Shown here: positions 36,501 to 48,086 of the stretch, piece by piece
Position numbering within the stretch: the first letter of the stretch is position 1
How the letters are laid out: every line of letters starts with the position of its first letter
NCBI RefSeq assembly: GCF_000143415.4
Contig: NW_003314261.1
Span: 4,566,691 to 4,630,690, forward strand
Direction: 5' to 3'
Length of the DNA stretch: 64,000 nucleotides
DNA from: Selaginella moellendorffii
Lineage: Eukaryota > Plantae > Lycopodiophyta
Position numbers and translations under genes: made by a program
Notes under the pieces: model-generated
The model's database searches: none
What the model was told of the DNA's origin: nothing
The model's input: only the letters and a program-made list of their open reading frames with translations

Positions 36501-38576
36501 CAACGGGTGTTGGACCAATTCTAGGATACCATGCCGGAGGAGTTACCGGCGGGGTTGCCCCCCGCACGACCAATAGAACATAAGATTGAGCTAGTCGAGG
36601 GTGCTGAGGCGATGGTTCGTCCCCCTATCGTTTGAATGAGAAAGAACTCGAGGAGCTCAAGCGCCAACTAGAGGAGTTGGTGGACAAAGGGTATGTTAGG
36701 TTGAGCAAGTCGCTGTATGGGGCGCCGATGTTATTTGTGAAAAAGAAAGATGGATCTATACGCATGTGCATAGACTACCGATTGCTCAACAAGTATACAA
36801 AGAAGAACAAGTACCCTTTGCCCAGGATTGAGGACCTGTTCAATAAGTTGGGAAAGGCAAAATACTTCTCGAGGATTGACCTAAGGTCAGGATACTACTA
36901 GATCAGGGTAGCCAAGGAAGATGTCGAGAAGACAACCTGTCGAACGAGGTATGGGAGCTTTGAGTTTCTGGTGATGCCCTTCGGGCTATGCAATGCACCG
37001 GCAACGTTTTTGGCGCTAATGAACCACATCTTTGTACTCTATCTGGATCACTTCGTGGTTGTCTATATCGACGACATCCTAATCTATAGCGAGACGCTAG
37101 AGGAGCATGCCGAACACTTGGCGAAGGTGTTTGAGAAACTAAGGGAACACAAACTGTATGCTAAAGAGAGCAAATGTGACTTTGCTCAACAAGAGGTAAA
37201 GTTTCTCGAGCATGTGGTGGGCCAGGACGGGCTCAAGGTGGACCCGGAGAAGGTCCAAGCGATCCAGGAATGGGAGCGACCATTGAATGTACATGAGTTG
37301 AGGGCATTCCTGGGGCTATGCAACTACTATCGAAAGTTTATCAGACACTATTCGAGAGTAGCCCTGCCCTTAACAGACCAAACAGGAAAAGGGAAGATGG
37401 TATGGACAGCGGAATGCGAGGCGGCATTCGTCCACCTCAAAGGGAAGTTGAGGAAGGCTCCCGTATTGGCATTACTAGACTTTGGTAAGGACTTTGAGGT
37501 AGAAACAGATGCTTCGGACTTTGCGTTAGGTGCAGTTTTGAAGCAAGACAACCATCCGGTAGCGTTCTTCTCGAAGAAGCTGGACAAGGCTCAACGGAAG
37601 TGGCTTGCCCACGAGAAGGAATTGTTTGCGGTGGTCAAGGCACTCAAGGAGTGGCGACACTACCTTGGGAGAAACTTCAAGGTTTACACGGACAATGTGG
37701 CAACGAAACACTTCTTGTCACAGCCCGACCTGCGAGGGAAACAAGGTCGGTGGGCCAATGCCTTGGCCAAGTTTGATTGCGAGATTCTGTACAAGCCTGG
37801 GAAGAGCAACATTGTGGCGGATGCGCTAAGTCGAAAAGCGAGCTTGAGGTTGGCAATATCAAGCGCAACAGCAACCTTCTGGGACGATGTGCAGACAGCA
37901 TATGAGAACGATGGTCTAGCACAAGAAGTGTTGCTGAGGAATCTAGAGGCACGAGAAGCTCACCAGAGAGGTGAGCTGCCAACGGAAGAGAAAACGGGCT
38001 ATGTGGAACGCAATGGACTCATCTATTACAAGCAAACGAGGGTGTATGTTCCAGAAGGGGAACTAAGGAAGGTAGCCTTAGAAGAGTGTCATGACAGACC
38101 TCTTGCGGGACACGGCGGAGTGCCCAAGACGATGGGCTTACTCAAGAGGAAGTACCATTGGCCAGATATGGCTAAGGACGTCCAAAACTATGTAAAGACA
38201 TATCTAACATGTCAGCAGGTAAAAGCCGTGACTAAGGCTAGTGGGGGCTTGTTGCAAAGCATCCCAATTCCAGATCGTCCGTGGAAATGTCTTACGATGG
38301 ACTTCATCACGGGACTCCCCCCAAGTGAGGGGTTTGATGCGATATTCGTGGTGGTGGACCGATTTTTGAAAATGGCACATTTTATACCCACCACAACGGA
38401 GGTGGATGCGGAAGGTGTGGCAAAGCTGTTCTTTGAACAAGTGGTTCGAGTGCGGGGCAGACTGGAAGAGATCATCTCAGATCGAGATAAAATCTTCACC
38501 AGCAGGTTCTAGAGGACTCTTCTGGAACAGTATCGCACCAAGTTGAAATTCAGCACAGCCTATCACCCACAGACAG

Positions 38577-38622
38577 GTATGGGGTATTAGGTCAAGTTGT
38601 TAGCACTAAAACTTCTTGACAG
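38577..38622 (+). other. 46-bp GT-AG intron inside gypsy integrase core
   Basis: Removal restores YHPQT-D-GQTERVN; GTATGG donor, CTAAA branch-like site, TTGACAG acceptor. Confidence 0.8.
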
Positions 38623-39040
38623 ATGGACAAACGGAAAGGGTGAATAGGCAGCTGGAGGATTATTTGCGATGCTATGTCTCGGGAGACCAAACCGATTGGG
38701 TAAGTCATTTGGGACTTGCGGAAATGTGTTATAACAACTCACCACATTCGAGTATCGGGGTGAGTCCATGGGAAGTCATCAATGGGCGAGCTATTGAAGG
38801 TCCTGTGGAACTCGGTGTGGCCGAGTATCATAGAGAGCTACCCGCAGTGGAGGCATTCACGGCGGAAAGACTCAGCATTTGGAATCTAGTGAGGGATTCC
38901 TTGGAATGGGCTCAACAAAGGCAAACCAAATATGTGAACCAGAAGCGTCGGGATGTAGAATTCCAAGCTGGGGAGAAGGTGTGGCTGAACACCAAGAACC
39001 TTAGGCTACCAAGTGGGATCAGCCGAAAGTTGACCCAAAG

Positions 39041-39092
39041 GTAAAGATGCATGTATTCCTGTAAACGAATTGATCTTGAGTTCCTTAAGCAG
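39041..39092 (+). other. 52-bp GT-AG intron inside gypsy integrase C-terminal (GPY/F) module
   Basis: Removal restores RKLTQ-R-FAGPYEI; AG|GTAAAG donor, GCAG|G acceptor. Confidence 0.8.
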
Positions 39093-39959
39093 GTTCGCGG
39101 GGCCTTACGAGATTGAGGCACGAATCGGTAAAGTGGCTTACCATCTCCGACTTCCTCGAGAGATGGGGAAGATGCACCCAGTGTTCCACGTGAACTTACT
39201 CAAGCCGTACTTTGAGGATCCGCTTCACAAGGACCAAGTAAGACCTCTACCTGAGGTAATCCAAGGGGAAGAGGAATACGAAGTCGAGGCCATCCTCAAT
39301 GCGCGCAAGAGCAAGTGACAAGGACGCGAGGTGAGAGAGTTCCATGTGAAGTGGAAAGGATTTCCACACTGCGAAGCAACATGGGAACCGGAGGAGAACC
39401 TAGCGAACGCGCGAGATTTAGTGGAGGAATTTCTACAAGGCAGAACTCTATGTACTTATGCAAAGTTCAATTAAAAATATCAATTTGCAAAGTTGAGCAA
39501 GTGGCATATGTTGAGACCCGAAGGCATGCCGAAGGTAAGCTAATTAGCATGGGTTGGATAGGTCGACCAGGCGTAGGGCACTACGCCCGACTCCCCGCGG
39601 GGATGTCGAATCTGTAGACGTATTCTATGGAGGTTGGGTTCGAGTCCCAACCCCCTAGTAAAGCAAGGCTAGGTTCAAGTCCCGACCCCATACTAGGGCG
39701 TGGTGAGGTGAGGAGTATAGGGACACCTATACTCCGTTGTCATGGGCTCTTGGTCGGGGAGGCTAACTTAGGCACACCGCTAAGTGGGGGGATGCCCCCG
39801 AAGACATGGTCAACAAGTTGTAGGATAAAAAAGAGACGTTCGATATGGGCATCGAACTTCTTCTATGGGTGGTGGAGTTGTAACAAACCGACTCCCCAAG
39901 ATGTCGTAGGCTAAAGGATCCCCGAAAGCATGACCGAAATGACAAAGAGTTCATCGGAT

Positions 39960-40240
39960 GGGACCGAGTCGAAGATCGAGTCCAAGACCGACTCTGAGAC
40001 CGAGTTCAAGATAGAGTCCGGGATCGAGTCCGAGACTGAATCGGAGACCGAGTTCGAGACCGAGTTCAAGACCGAGTTCGAGACAGAGTCCGAGATCCAA
40101 ATCGGGTCCGAGACCAAGTCCAAGGTCGAGTCCGAAGTCGAGTTTGAGATGGGGTCCAAGATCGAGTCCGAAATCGAGTCCGAGATCGAGTCCGAAGTCG
40201 GGTCCGAGATCAAGTCCGAGATCGATTCTGAGACTAAGTC
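39960..40240. repeat. Diverged 6/12-bp CCGAGA/CCGAGT-type array in element A 3' LTR
   Basis: gagtccgagatc-like units; translates as an ETESE/SEIE-rich ORF. Confidence 0.85.
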
Positions 40241-43200
40241 CACATACTAATACAGCTCAAAGGGTGAAAGCCCAAAGCGTGTGTCTCCCGGAGGGGGGGG
40301 GGGGGGGGGGGGCTGTAGGGGGTTCCAAAAGTATAGTAGGGATAGTGAGGTCCAGGAACCAGTCTTGAAGGAACTCTCCAGTGGGGCTTCCAAACCGACT
40401 CGAGGTTGAGACTGGGGCCGAGGGGCCTTGGGTGGGGGTGAGCATGGGCTTGAGTGGTGTCGGAGGGGCCACCCAGGGAAGTGCTCAAGAGCAGCTCCCA
40501 CTCCCGAAAGGGAAACTGACTACAATGCTCCCGGCTCATGTGGAGTGGTGCCCCACTTGAGTACTTTGTGGCTCATTGGTCCTCGCCCTTCCTAGGGGCT
40601 TGGGCCTTCCCTTCGGGATGGAAGTGGGGGGGTAGAGGTACCCATACCGGGCCGTTAGGCCACAATGTTTCGCCCCAACGTCCCGAAGCAAGTGCTGCAC
40701 CCAAGGCTTGGGATTTAGAGGGTCCCATGATCAAGTCTTGTGGTACCAAGGGGTGTTAGGAATCTGGAGGCTTGGTGTGCTTGGCTGCTTGTGCCTGCGG
40801 GGAGTGTAGCCGAACCTTAAGTCCAGTCTAACCCGGGGAGGGGGATTGGGAGAGATTTGGGAATCCATAGATGGATGGCTAACACTCCATTGCTCGTACA
40901 GTGAGTAGTTGAAACCAAGTAGGACCAAGTAGGAGCTGGTACCATAGGCGAGAAGCTTGGCGAGGGAATTTAGCACAAGCCAAGGCAGAGTTGGTCGGAT
41001 AGACGAGGTAAGCTGGCAAATTGGAAAGGAAAAATTTGTGGCTTACAGTGTGCTGGAGAAGGCAACGAATAGTCTTTAGTAGAGTGCAATTAAGGTGCTT
41101 TACCACGGTTCTGTTGGGGAGTATGGGCTATTGTGTACTGGTGAATGATGCCAGCCTCAGCTAGAAAGTTGAGAAACTCTCTATTCATGTACTCTCCACC
41201 ACCATCCGTGTGTAACACATGAATCTTTCAGCTAGTAGACATCTCTGCCCAACTCTTTAAAAGCTTAAAGTGGTTGAACACTTCACTCTTGGTGTGGAGA
41301 AGGCTCACCACAGTGTATCTAGAATGGTCATTGATAAAAGACACAAAGTACCTCTTGCGGCTGAGTGTTTCCATGGGCAAGTAGCACACATCACTATGAA
41401 CCAGATCCAATAAGCCTGTAGCTTAGTCCTCCATGGTTCTTGATGGAAAAGAAAGGCAAACTTGCTTCCCAAGATGGCAAGTTTCACACATGCCCAGATG
41501 GCCAACTAGGAGCGTGATGCCTTTAGCATGTTGGTTACGAGCTAAGGCGTACAAATCTCATTGACATGCCCTAGACGAGCATGCCAGAGCTCAATGGTGT
41601 CTTATGCTTGGGAAGCAAGCATTTGAGCTGGAAAAACCAATTCTACATTTAAACAGTAGAGTGTTTCATACCTCATACCACTGGCTATAGGAGTACCATC
41701 ACAAATATAGATGGTGCACCCTTTTGGGAAGAAGGTGGTAATAAAGCCTTGATCTAAGGTTGCCCCTATAAAAGAATTGTTTACCTTGCTTCAAGTACAA
41801 AGTGCACGTGATGAACCTCCTTAAAAGTTCCATTTGGTACCTTGATCACCACCATGCCACGACTTTCCATCTGGAGTGGTCGCTTGTTGTTGACATAAAT
41901 CTATTGTGGAGCTTGAAGAGCCTTGTAAGTGTGAAATGTAGACCTTAAGGGAGTCATGTGAAAGGAAGCACCACTATCCAGCCATAGAACTTCAAGAGTA
42001 GACATTGGTGATGGGTAAAGAGCCATCATCAACAACGAGTTGCTCTGGATAAGCATGTGTTGGGTGGTAGCCTTCTTTGCACAACACTCACGCTTGACAT
42101 GCCCCATCTTTCCACAATAGTTGCAAGGACCCTTTTTCTTCTTAGAGAAGTTCGATCAAGAGCTAGGAGTTGTAGTAGAAGAGATACAAGGCCCACAACT
42201 AGTGCCTCCTTTCCTCTGCTCCCCACTCGATTGTTTCTTACCAAGAAACAAGGCCTACTCACGAGTAGCCTGAGGGGATCCTTGATGGCCAACTTAACAC
42301 TCAACAATCTTGCACTCTTCCTCAAATAGATCAAAGTAGAGCTCCTCCATGGTTTTGCCTAGGACAAAAAAGAGCATGGAGGATGATTGTTGCAACTCTG
42401 GGGATACAGAGTAGAGTAGGAAGGCTTTTGCATAGTCATTGGAAACTACAACACCTACTTCATTCAATTGCTGCATTAAGCCCTTGAGCTTCCTGATGTA
42501 TGTTGCCATTGTTTCACCAGGCTGTATGCGTAGGGAGAAAAATTTCTAGGTCAAAACCAATTTAGCATTAGTGGCTTTGGCTGCAAAGACTTGGGAAAGA
42601 GAGTCCCAATTGGCCTTGGCAGATTTTTCTAGATCAAGGAGATGAATAAATTCATCTCCAAGACCCAATCCAATCACGGAAAGTGCTTTGCAATCCTTGG
42701 AGTCCCAAGTAGCCTGCAAAGCGGCTTCTGTATCTTGAGGTCTTACTTCAATTCCCTCCACCAAATCCCAACAATCTTTTGCCATTAAAATTAATTGGAC
42801 TTTGGTTTTCCAGGTCATGAAGTTCTCGCCCATGAACTTCTAGAGTAGCTTCTCCCATCTTGCATCCCAGTTGCCAACTGGGGTGGCCATGGTGCTCGCT
42901 AAGGTGGTTCTAGATGTAGTGCAAGGTGGAGTACTGGTAGCCGTTAGTTTCTAGAAGAAAGGATAAAATAGTGGAATAAGCTAGAAGCAAGGAGGGGGAG
43001 GAGGCGGTGGGAATCGTTGGAAGGGACACCCACATGCCGTACACACAGGGCAGAGGCACGGATGGACATCACATTGTGCTCGCTTGCATTCTTGAATCCA
43101 TTGTTCCACCCTAGCAAGGACTGCAAGAGCCCTAGCACAGTCCTACTAATTGCATTGCTGTGTTTGCTAGTGTTTTGCCATCAGGATCGAAACAAACCCA

Positions 43201-43351
43201 ATACCATGTGAATGTGTGCTTTTGTGTGCGAAATGCTCTGTTGACTTCATTGCTTTCATATGGTTATGTATATAATAGTATGGGTGTGTGTCTTGGATGA
43301 ATGACTTGTCTTCTTTGCTGACATGGAGACTTGTCATCACTTGTCTCCACA

Positions 43352-43900
43352 TCAAGTTTCTGTAATGGAGCTGCTGAGTCTGTTGTGTGATAGGTCCAGT
43401 GCCTTCAGTCCCAGGTTACCACCGATGGAAACGCTCGCAGTACAGTTGTTGATGGACAGGTTGAGCATTGAGCTAAACTTTGGAACTCCAGCCACTGTTA
43501 AGAAGTTCACAATGAGGTCCAGGCTTTCCAAACTCTCGAGGCTGGAGAGATTTCCTGGGACCTCTCGCAGAGAATTGGAGCTCAAGTTGAGGAGGTTGAG
43601 CTGCGAGAGGTCCAGGTGAGCCAGTGATGGAAGCTCGTCCCAGATGGCAGGAAGAACTCCCAAGAGATTAAACCTGGACAGAGCAAGGCCCTCCACTCGG
43701 TTGTCCGAGTCCCACTCCACACCCCGCCATGCTCTTGGATTGGCGGTCTCGTTCCACACTTTGATCCCAAGCTTGTCACAGAGAGAGAGCAGAGCCTGTG
43801 TGTCGTTGGCGATCCCAGATGGATTCATGGGACACTGTGACCGGGATCTTGTGAGAAAGACGAGTAGAAACAAAGGCAGGAGCAAATCCGCAAGAGACAT
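43352..43900 (-). pseudogene. Third, truncated copy of the LRR receptor N-terminus, cut by the copia LTR
   Basis: MSLADLLLPLFLLVFLT...NLSSNSLREVP...; upstream 43900-44070 is an inverted match to 16060-16250; ends at the LTR edge. Confidence 0.88.
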
Positions 43901-44029
43901 GGCCGATACTCTTTAATCAAACCGATGGATCAGAACATCAAAGAGTGGTGAGGGTTTTCTTTTCGCCAGAGTTTACGGGATAGAATGTGGAGTTGGACAG
44001 TTTGACTAGTTGGGATCGTCGAAAAAACA

Positions 44030-44220
44030 AACTCAATTCCTGGACGCATTTGGTGGTGTATGCCCAGTCCAGGCATCTTCTTGAGGTCCTCTTCCACAGC
44101 ATGCTGGATAGAAACCTCGTATTGTGGAACGCAATGCTCCAGGCGCACACTTGCGGTGACGCGCTGGAGCTCACAACGGATGAATGTGGAGGGAGTGAGG
44201 TCGGACGAGATCACTTTCAG
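44030..44220 (+). pseudogene. PPR fragment related to 46609-47781
   Basis: LVVYAQSRHLLE, DRNLVLWNAMLQA, QRMNVEGVRSDEITF match 47170-47440 with deletions. Confidence 0.75.
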
Positions 44221-44239
44221 AGAAAGAGGTGATGCAAGG

Positions 44240-45600
44240 GATAGTTTTTCTTTTCCAGGCAATCCCTGAGAAGCTCTTAGCTGAAGTATGGCTTGACAGA
44301 GCACTCCAGGCAGCACGAACTCTTTTGTGAGACTTTGGCTTACCAAACTCGTTTTGGTGTGAGGCAATTGCAATGGCAGCTTACTTGCATAATTGCCAAC
44401 TTACAACAGCTGTGTCAGGGAAGACTCATGCAAAGCATGGTATGGTGTAAAACTAAACATGAGCCATCTACATGTTTTTGGAAGCATTTGCTATGCACAT
44501 GTGTTGAAAAGCTCAAAGATAAGCTTGCAAGCACTAGCCAAAAGTGTGTCCTTGTTGGATACACAGATACAATGAAGGGCTAGAAATTCTTCAACTTTGA
44601 AACTCAGAAAATGATCGTGAGCAGGACGTATGTGACAAGAGATCTCCAGCCACTGCCACAGTTTTCTTTAACGAAAGTAGTTGAGGACAACTCGGGAAGA
44701 TAGTGATAACAAATTTCGCAATCAGCTGGTGCTGCACATGGAGGTGGCAACCAGGACGATCCAGGCGGCAACAACGACAATGGGGTGAGCATGGATGGCA
44801 ATCTTAATGGAGGTGAGAAATTGCTCTATAGAGCAGAAGACTTGCTACTTGACACAAGAGGTGCTAGAACCAGTTAGCTCAGCAAATGCAGTTAGTAGTA
44901 GATCAAGGCCATGAGTGCAGTGTTGGCAGGACCAAGCCTGAAACTAGTGAGGGCAATTTGACGTTTTGGCTATGAGCGCACACTCACAGAGGCTGGTGGT
45001 CAATACAAGGAGCAGCTGGATCTTCAAGCAGCTATGTGGGCTTCTCGGCAAGAAGCCAAGGCTGCTAGAGACTGCTCAGCAACAGTGCAACCTCCTACGA
45101 TACAACTTTTTATTTTGCCAACTCCAGCATGGGCAGCATGATGAGCCAACTTCTACTTCTCTTTGACCATGGCTGAGATGCACTTGTCCCAAAGACCATG
45201 GAAGAAGCTCTTGCTGGACCTTATGCAGATTGGTACTTGTCAAGCTGAGTACAACTCATTGATGGAGAACCAAACTGGAGCTACCACTTTGGAGAAAGGT
45301 GATCAAGACCAAATTCATCTTGCAGCTCAAGATGGGACCTGAAAGCAACCATCCCCTCCCGCGACGGAATTCACAAAGGAAGAAAAGATTAGTTTGTAGC
45401 AAAGTTGCGAGACATATGTTACAAAGTTAGATTTGTTGCGAGAGGATTCTCAGAAGTCGAAGGAGTCTACTTCTATTGAGACTTTTTCACTAGTGGTGAA
45501 GCTTGCGTCGATTTTATTTCTCTACAACTTAGCAGCTCACAAAGACATGGAGGTCGAGTCGAGCACATGGACATGGCTACAGTGATCCTGAACAGCTCGC
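44240..45600 (+). mobile_element. Decayed Ty1/copia internal fragment (integrase C-terminus to RT start)
   Basis: HLHVFGSICYAHV, KCVLVGYTDTMKG, EEALAGP, AEYNSLMENQT, ETFSLVVKLASI. Confidence 0.75.
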
Positions 45601-46608
45601 AGTCGCTGGCAATCCTGAACGGCTTGCAGTCTCTAACATGCTACTGTAGGACTTCCTTTCTAAATTCTTGAAAATCCTTGAGCTCCAAGGCCACCTTCTG
45701 TATAGTTTTGAACCTATCTTGATAATGAACGTAACCAAGTAGTTCTCGTTGATCCGTGCCTTTGACCTGGGTTAGAGAACATCGGCATTTCTTAAGTTGA
45801 GGCATTAGGAAACATGTGAAGTAACCCCATGGCTTACTCTCGCTCAGACGACTCCTACATTTCCATACTCCTACAACCCGCCTAACTGCGATCCATAGTT
45901 CTCATTACACATGACCATGCACTGCTGATAATCCTGGAAAGACAAGGTGGTCAGTAAGCATTGTCGCTAATCCAAAGCTCAACCTTGTGAGCCCCCATTC
46001 CCTGCACGCTATCTTGACCAGTCCAAACACTCAGAGCTGACAGCGCTGGCAAGGATATCCTGAGCTGTGCAAGGGGATTTTCGTCTTCTCCATGACCGAA
46101 AAGTCTATTCCCTCTTCAATCTCTGCATCTCTTGCAGCCATTGCCAACAGATCAAAACACAGAAACCACACTCGCATTTTTTTCTCCAGAACAGCAATTT
46201 GTTCCTGCCAATGGAGCAATATTCAGTTTGACTGAAAAGTACAAGGCATCGAAGGGGAAAAAGATGATGGCTACCCCATCCCAGGTGCTTTGGACATGAG
46301 ACGGAGTCTGGGATTTGCCTGGTCCGTACCAGTGATCAGAATGGATGTAGCTCCAGGTAGTCGATGGCCGATCTCATGTACTTGTCCGTCAGGATCTTTC
46401 GGGCCACCTGAATGCAAAGCAGGATGTGGGAGACGGGGGCTTGCTCCCATGTCATCTCTCCACTGCAACTGCAAGAAATTTCTGCCCGATCTTCCAAGAA
46501 AAAAAACAAACTCAACGTATTTGAAGCGCGTTGAAACATCTTATCAAATCTTCCAATCCAACGTAGTCTCATGGAAATTTGAAGCATGAAAATTGAGTGG
46601 ATCGCAGC

Positions 46609-47781
46609 ATGGGGCCGACCAGCTTGGATCAAGCGATCACACTCCAGCAGCGATCCCCGACAAGCCTGTGGCTCCAGCAGATTCAAGCGGCAGCCAAGCG
46701 CCTGAAATCATGCCGGAGCTTGTCCGAGTGCCGCCAACTCAGAGCCGAGATCGAGCGAACTCACCTGGCACGGAATCGCTACCTCACCAACGTCCTCGTC
46801 GAGACGCTGGGAAAGTTTGGGCAGCTAGAGGAGGTGTCCCAGGCCTTCGCGCGCATCCGGCAGCCAAACGTCTTCTCCTGGAACATCATGGTGGCGGCGT
46901 ACGCGCAGAACGGCCGCCTGGAAGAATCGAGGGACATGTTTGAAGAAAAGATGGCGGAGCGAGACGTGGTGTCCTGGACGACGATGGTGGCCGCTTATGC
47001 GCAGAGCAGGCAGCTGGAAGAAGCCCAGGGCCTGTTCGATCGGATGCCCGAGAGGAACGAGGTGTCATGGAACACGATGATCTCGGCCTATGCCCAGTCC
47101 GGCTATCTGGGCGAGGCTGAAAAGCTCTTCCGGCGAATGCCCGCCCCGGACGTGGTGTCACGGACGCTAATGGTGGTGGCTTATGCCCAGGCCGGGCATC
47201 TCCTTGAGGCGAGGTGGGCTTTCGAGAGCATGCCCGAGAGGGATATCGTAGCGTGGACCGCGATGCTCGTCGCGTATGCCCAGGCAGGGGAAGTGGCCGC
47301 GGCGGAGCTCCTCTTCCACACCATGCCGGACAGGAACCTCGTGTCCTGGAACGCGATGCTCCAGGCGCGAGCTCGCGGCGGCGCGCTAGAGCTCGCCCAG
47401 CGGATGAACGTGGAGGGCGTGAGGCCGGACGAGATCACTTTCATGATCGTTCTCCACGCTTGCAGCCATCTCGGCCTCGTGGAGGAGAGCTTGCGGCAGT
47501 TTGCGTCCATGGTGGTGGATCACGCCGAGGCTCCGCGCGTGGAGCACCGGGCGTGCGTGGTGGATGTGCTGGGGCGGGTAGGGGAGCTCGACGGCGCGGA
47601 GGATGTGGTGGGGAGCTTGCCCGCCTCGTCGGGAGCTCTGGCGTGGACGACGCTCACGGGTGCTGCCAAGATGCATGGAGCCGTGGGTCATGGCGTGAGA
47701 GGTGCCAATGCGGTGTTTAGGATGGATCCAAGCGACTCGGCACCGTATGTTCTCTTGCAATTGCATCTCTGCAAGAAGTAA
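46609..47781 (+). CDS. PLS-class PPR protein with E-like C-terminus, no DYW
   Basis: Intronless; SWNIMVAAYAQNG repeats, PDEITFMIVLHACSHLGLV, AWTTL, DSAPYVLL. Confidence 0.85.
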   Translation: MGPTSLDQAITLQQRSPTSLWLQQIQAAAKRLKSCRSLSECRQLRAEIERTHLARNRYLTNVLVETLGKFGQLEEVSQAFARIRQPNVFSWNIMVAAYAQNGRLEESRDMFEEKMAERDVVSWTTMVAAYAQSRQLEEAQGLFDRMPERNEVSWNTMISAYAQSGYLGEAEKLFRRMPAPDVVSRTLMVVAYAQAGHLLEARWAFESMPERDIVAWTAMLVAYAQAGEVAAAELLFHTMPDRNLVSWNAMLQARARGGALELAQRMNVEGVRPDEITFMIVLHACSHLGLVEESLRQFASMVVDHAEAPRVEHRACVVDVLGRVGELDGAEDVVGSLPASSGALAWTTLTGAAKMHGAVGHGVRGANAVFRMDPSDSAPYVLLQLHLCKK

Positions 47782-48086
47782 ATAAGCGCGCTGCTAAATC
47801 TTAGCTCACTGGATTCATTTCCCAGTTGTAGATCAAGGAATGAAAGTGATCTTTCCAGAGAAACAAAAATCGTCAAGAAGCACTATGTGTTCTACTTGAC
47901 AATACAGGGAGATCTTTTTGTTCTACGTTGCATGCTTTGACAAGAGTTTTCTCTTATCTGCTTAGGTGACATGTCTATTACACTACATTGTCTTAAGTTC
48001 AAAGTTGATGTGCTAGTACAATTTGACTCAAACTCTCGGTGGAGTGTTTAAAACCCGAACCAATCGAACTTATGTCACTCACATCT

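Larger units (their letters stand above)
30702..41047 (+). mobile_element. Ty3/gypsy chromovirus (element A): 5'-truncated 5' LTR 30702-34644, gag-pol, 3' LTR 39879-41047
   Basis: PBS TGGTATCGGAGCC 34648-34660; gag CCHC knuckle CYNCGEAGHFSREC; protease LIDTGA; RT YIDDILIYS; RNase H ETDAS; integrase HHCC/DDE; chromodomain YEVEAIL...FHVKWKGFPHCEATWEPEENL; PPT just before 39879; several nonsense codons and a frameshift near 36625. Confidence 0.95.
29880..43351 (-). mobile_element. Ty1/copia LTR retrotransposon, degenerate, interrupted by a gypsy nest and partly deleted
   Basis: Short LTRs 43207-43351 and 29880-30049 (TGTGGAGACAAG...CA), PBS-like TGGTATTGG, gag (ENFMTWKTKVQLIL), protease WLDSGASFHMT, integrase DLVHSDVC, RT/RNase H ADWVGDLDDRKSTSGY, SEYI, ADILTKSLP. 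Confidence 0.9.

Noticed and set aside
45640-46590. Minus-strand protein-like stretches (e.g. YVHYQDRFKTIQKVALELKDF)
   Set aside because: Fragmented by stops and unassignable; probably a decayed gene or element.
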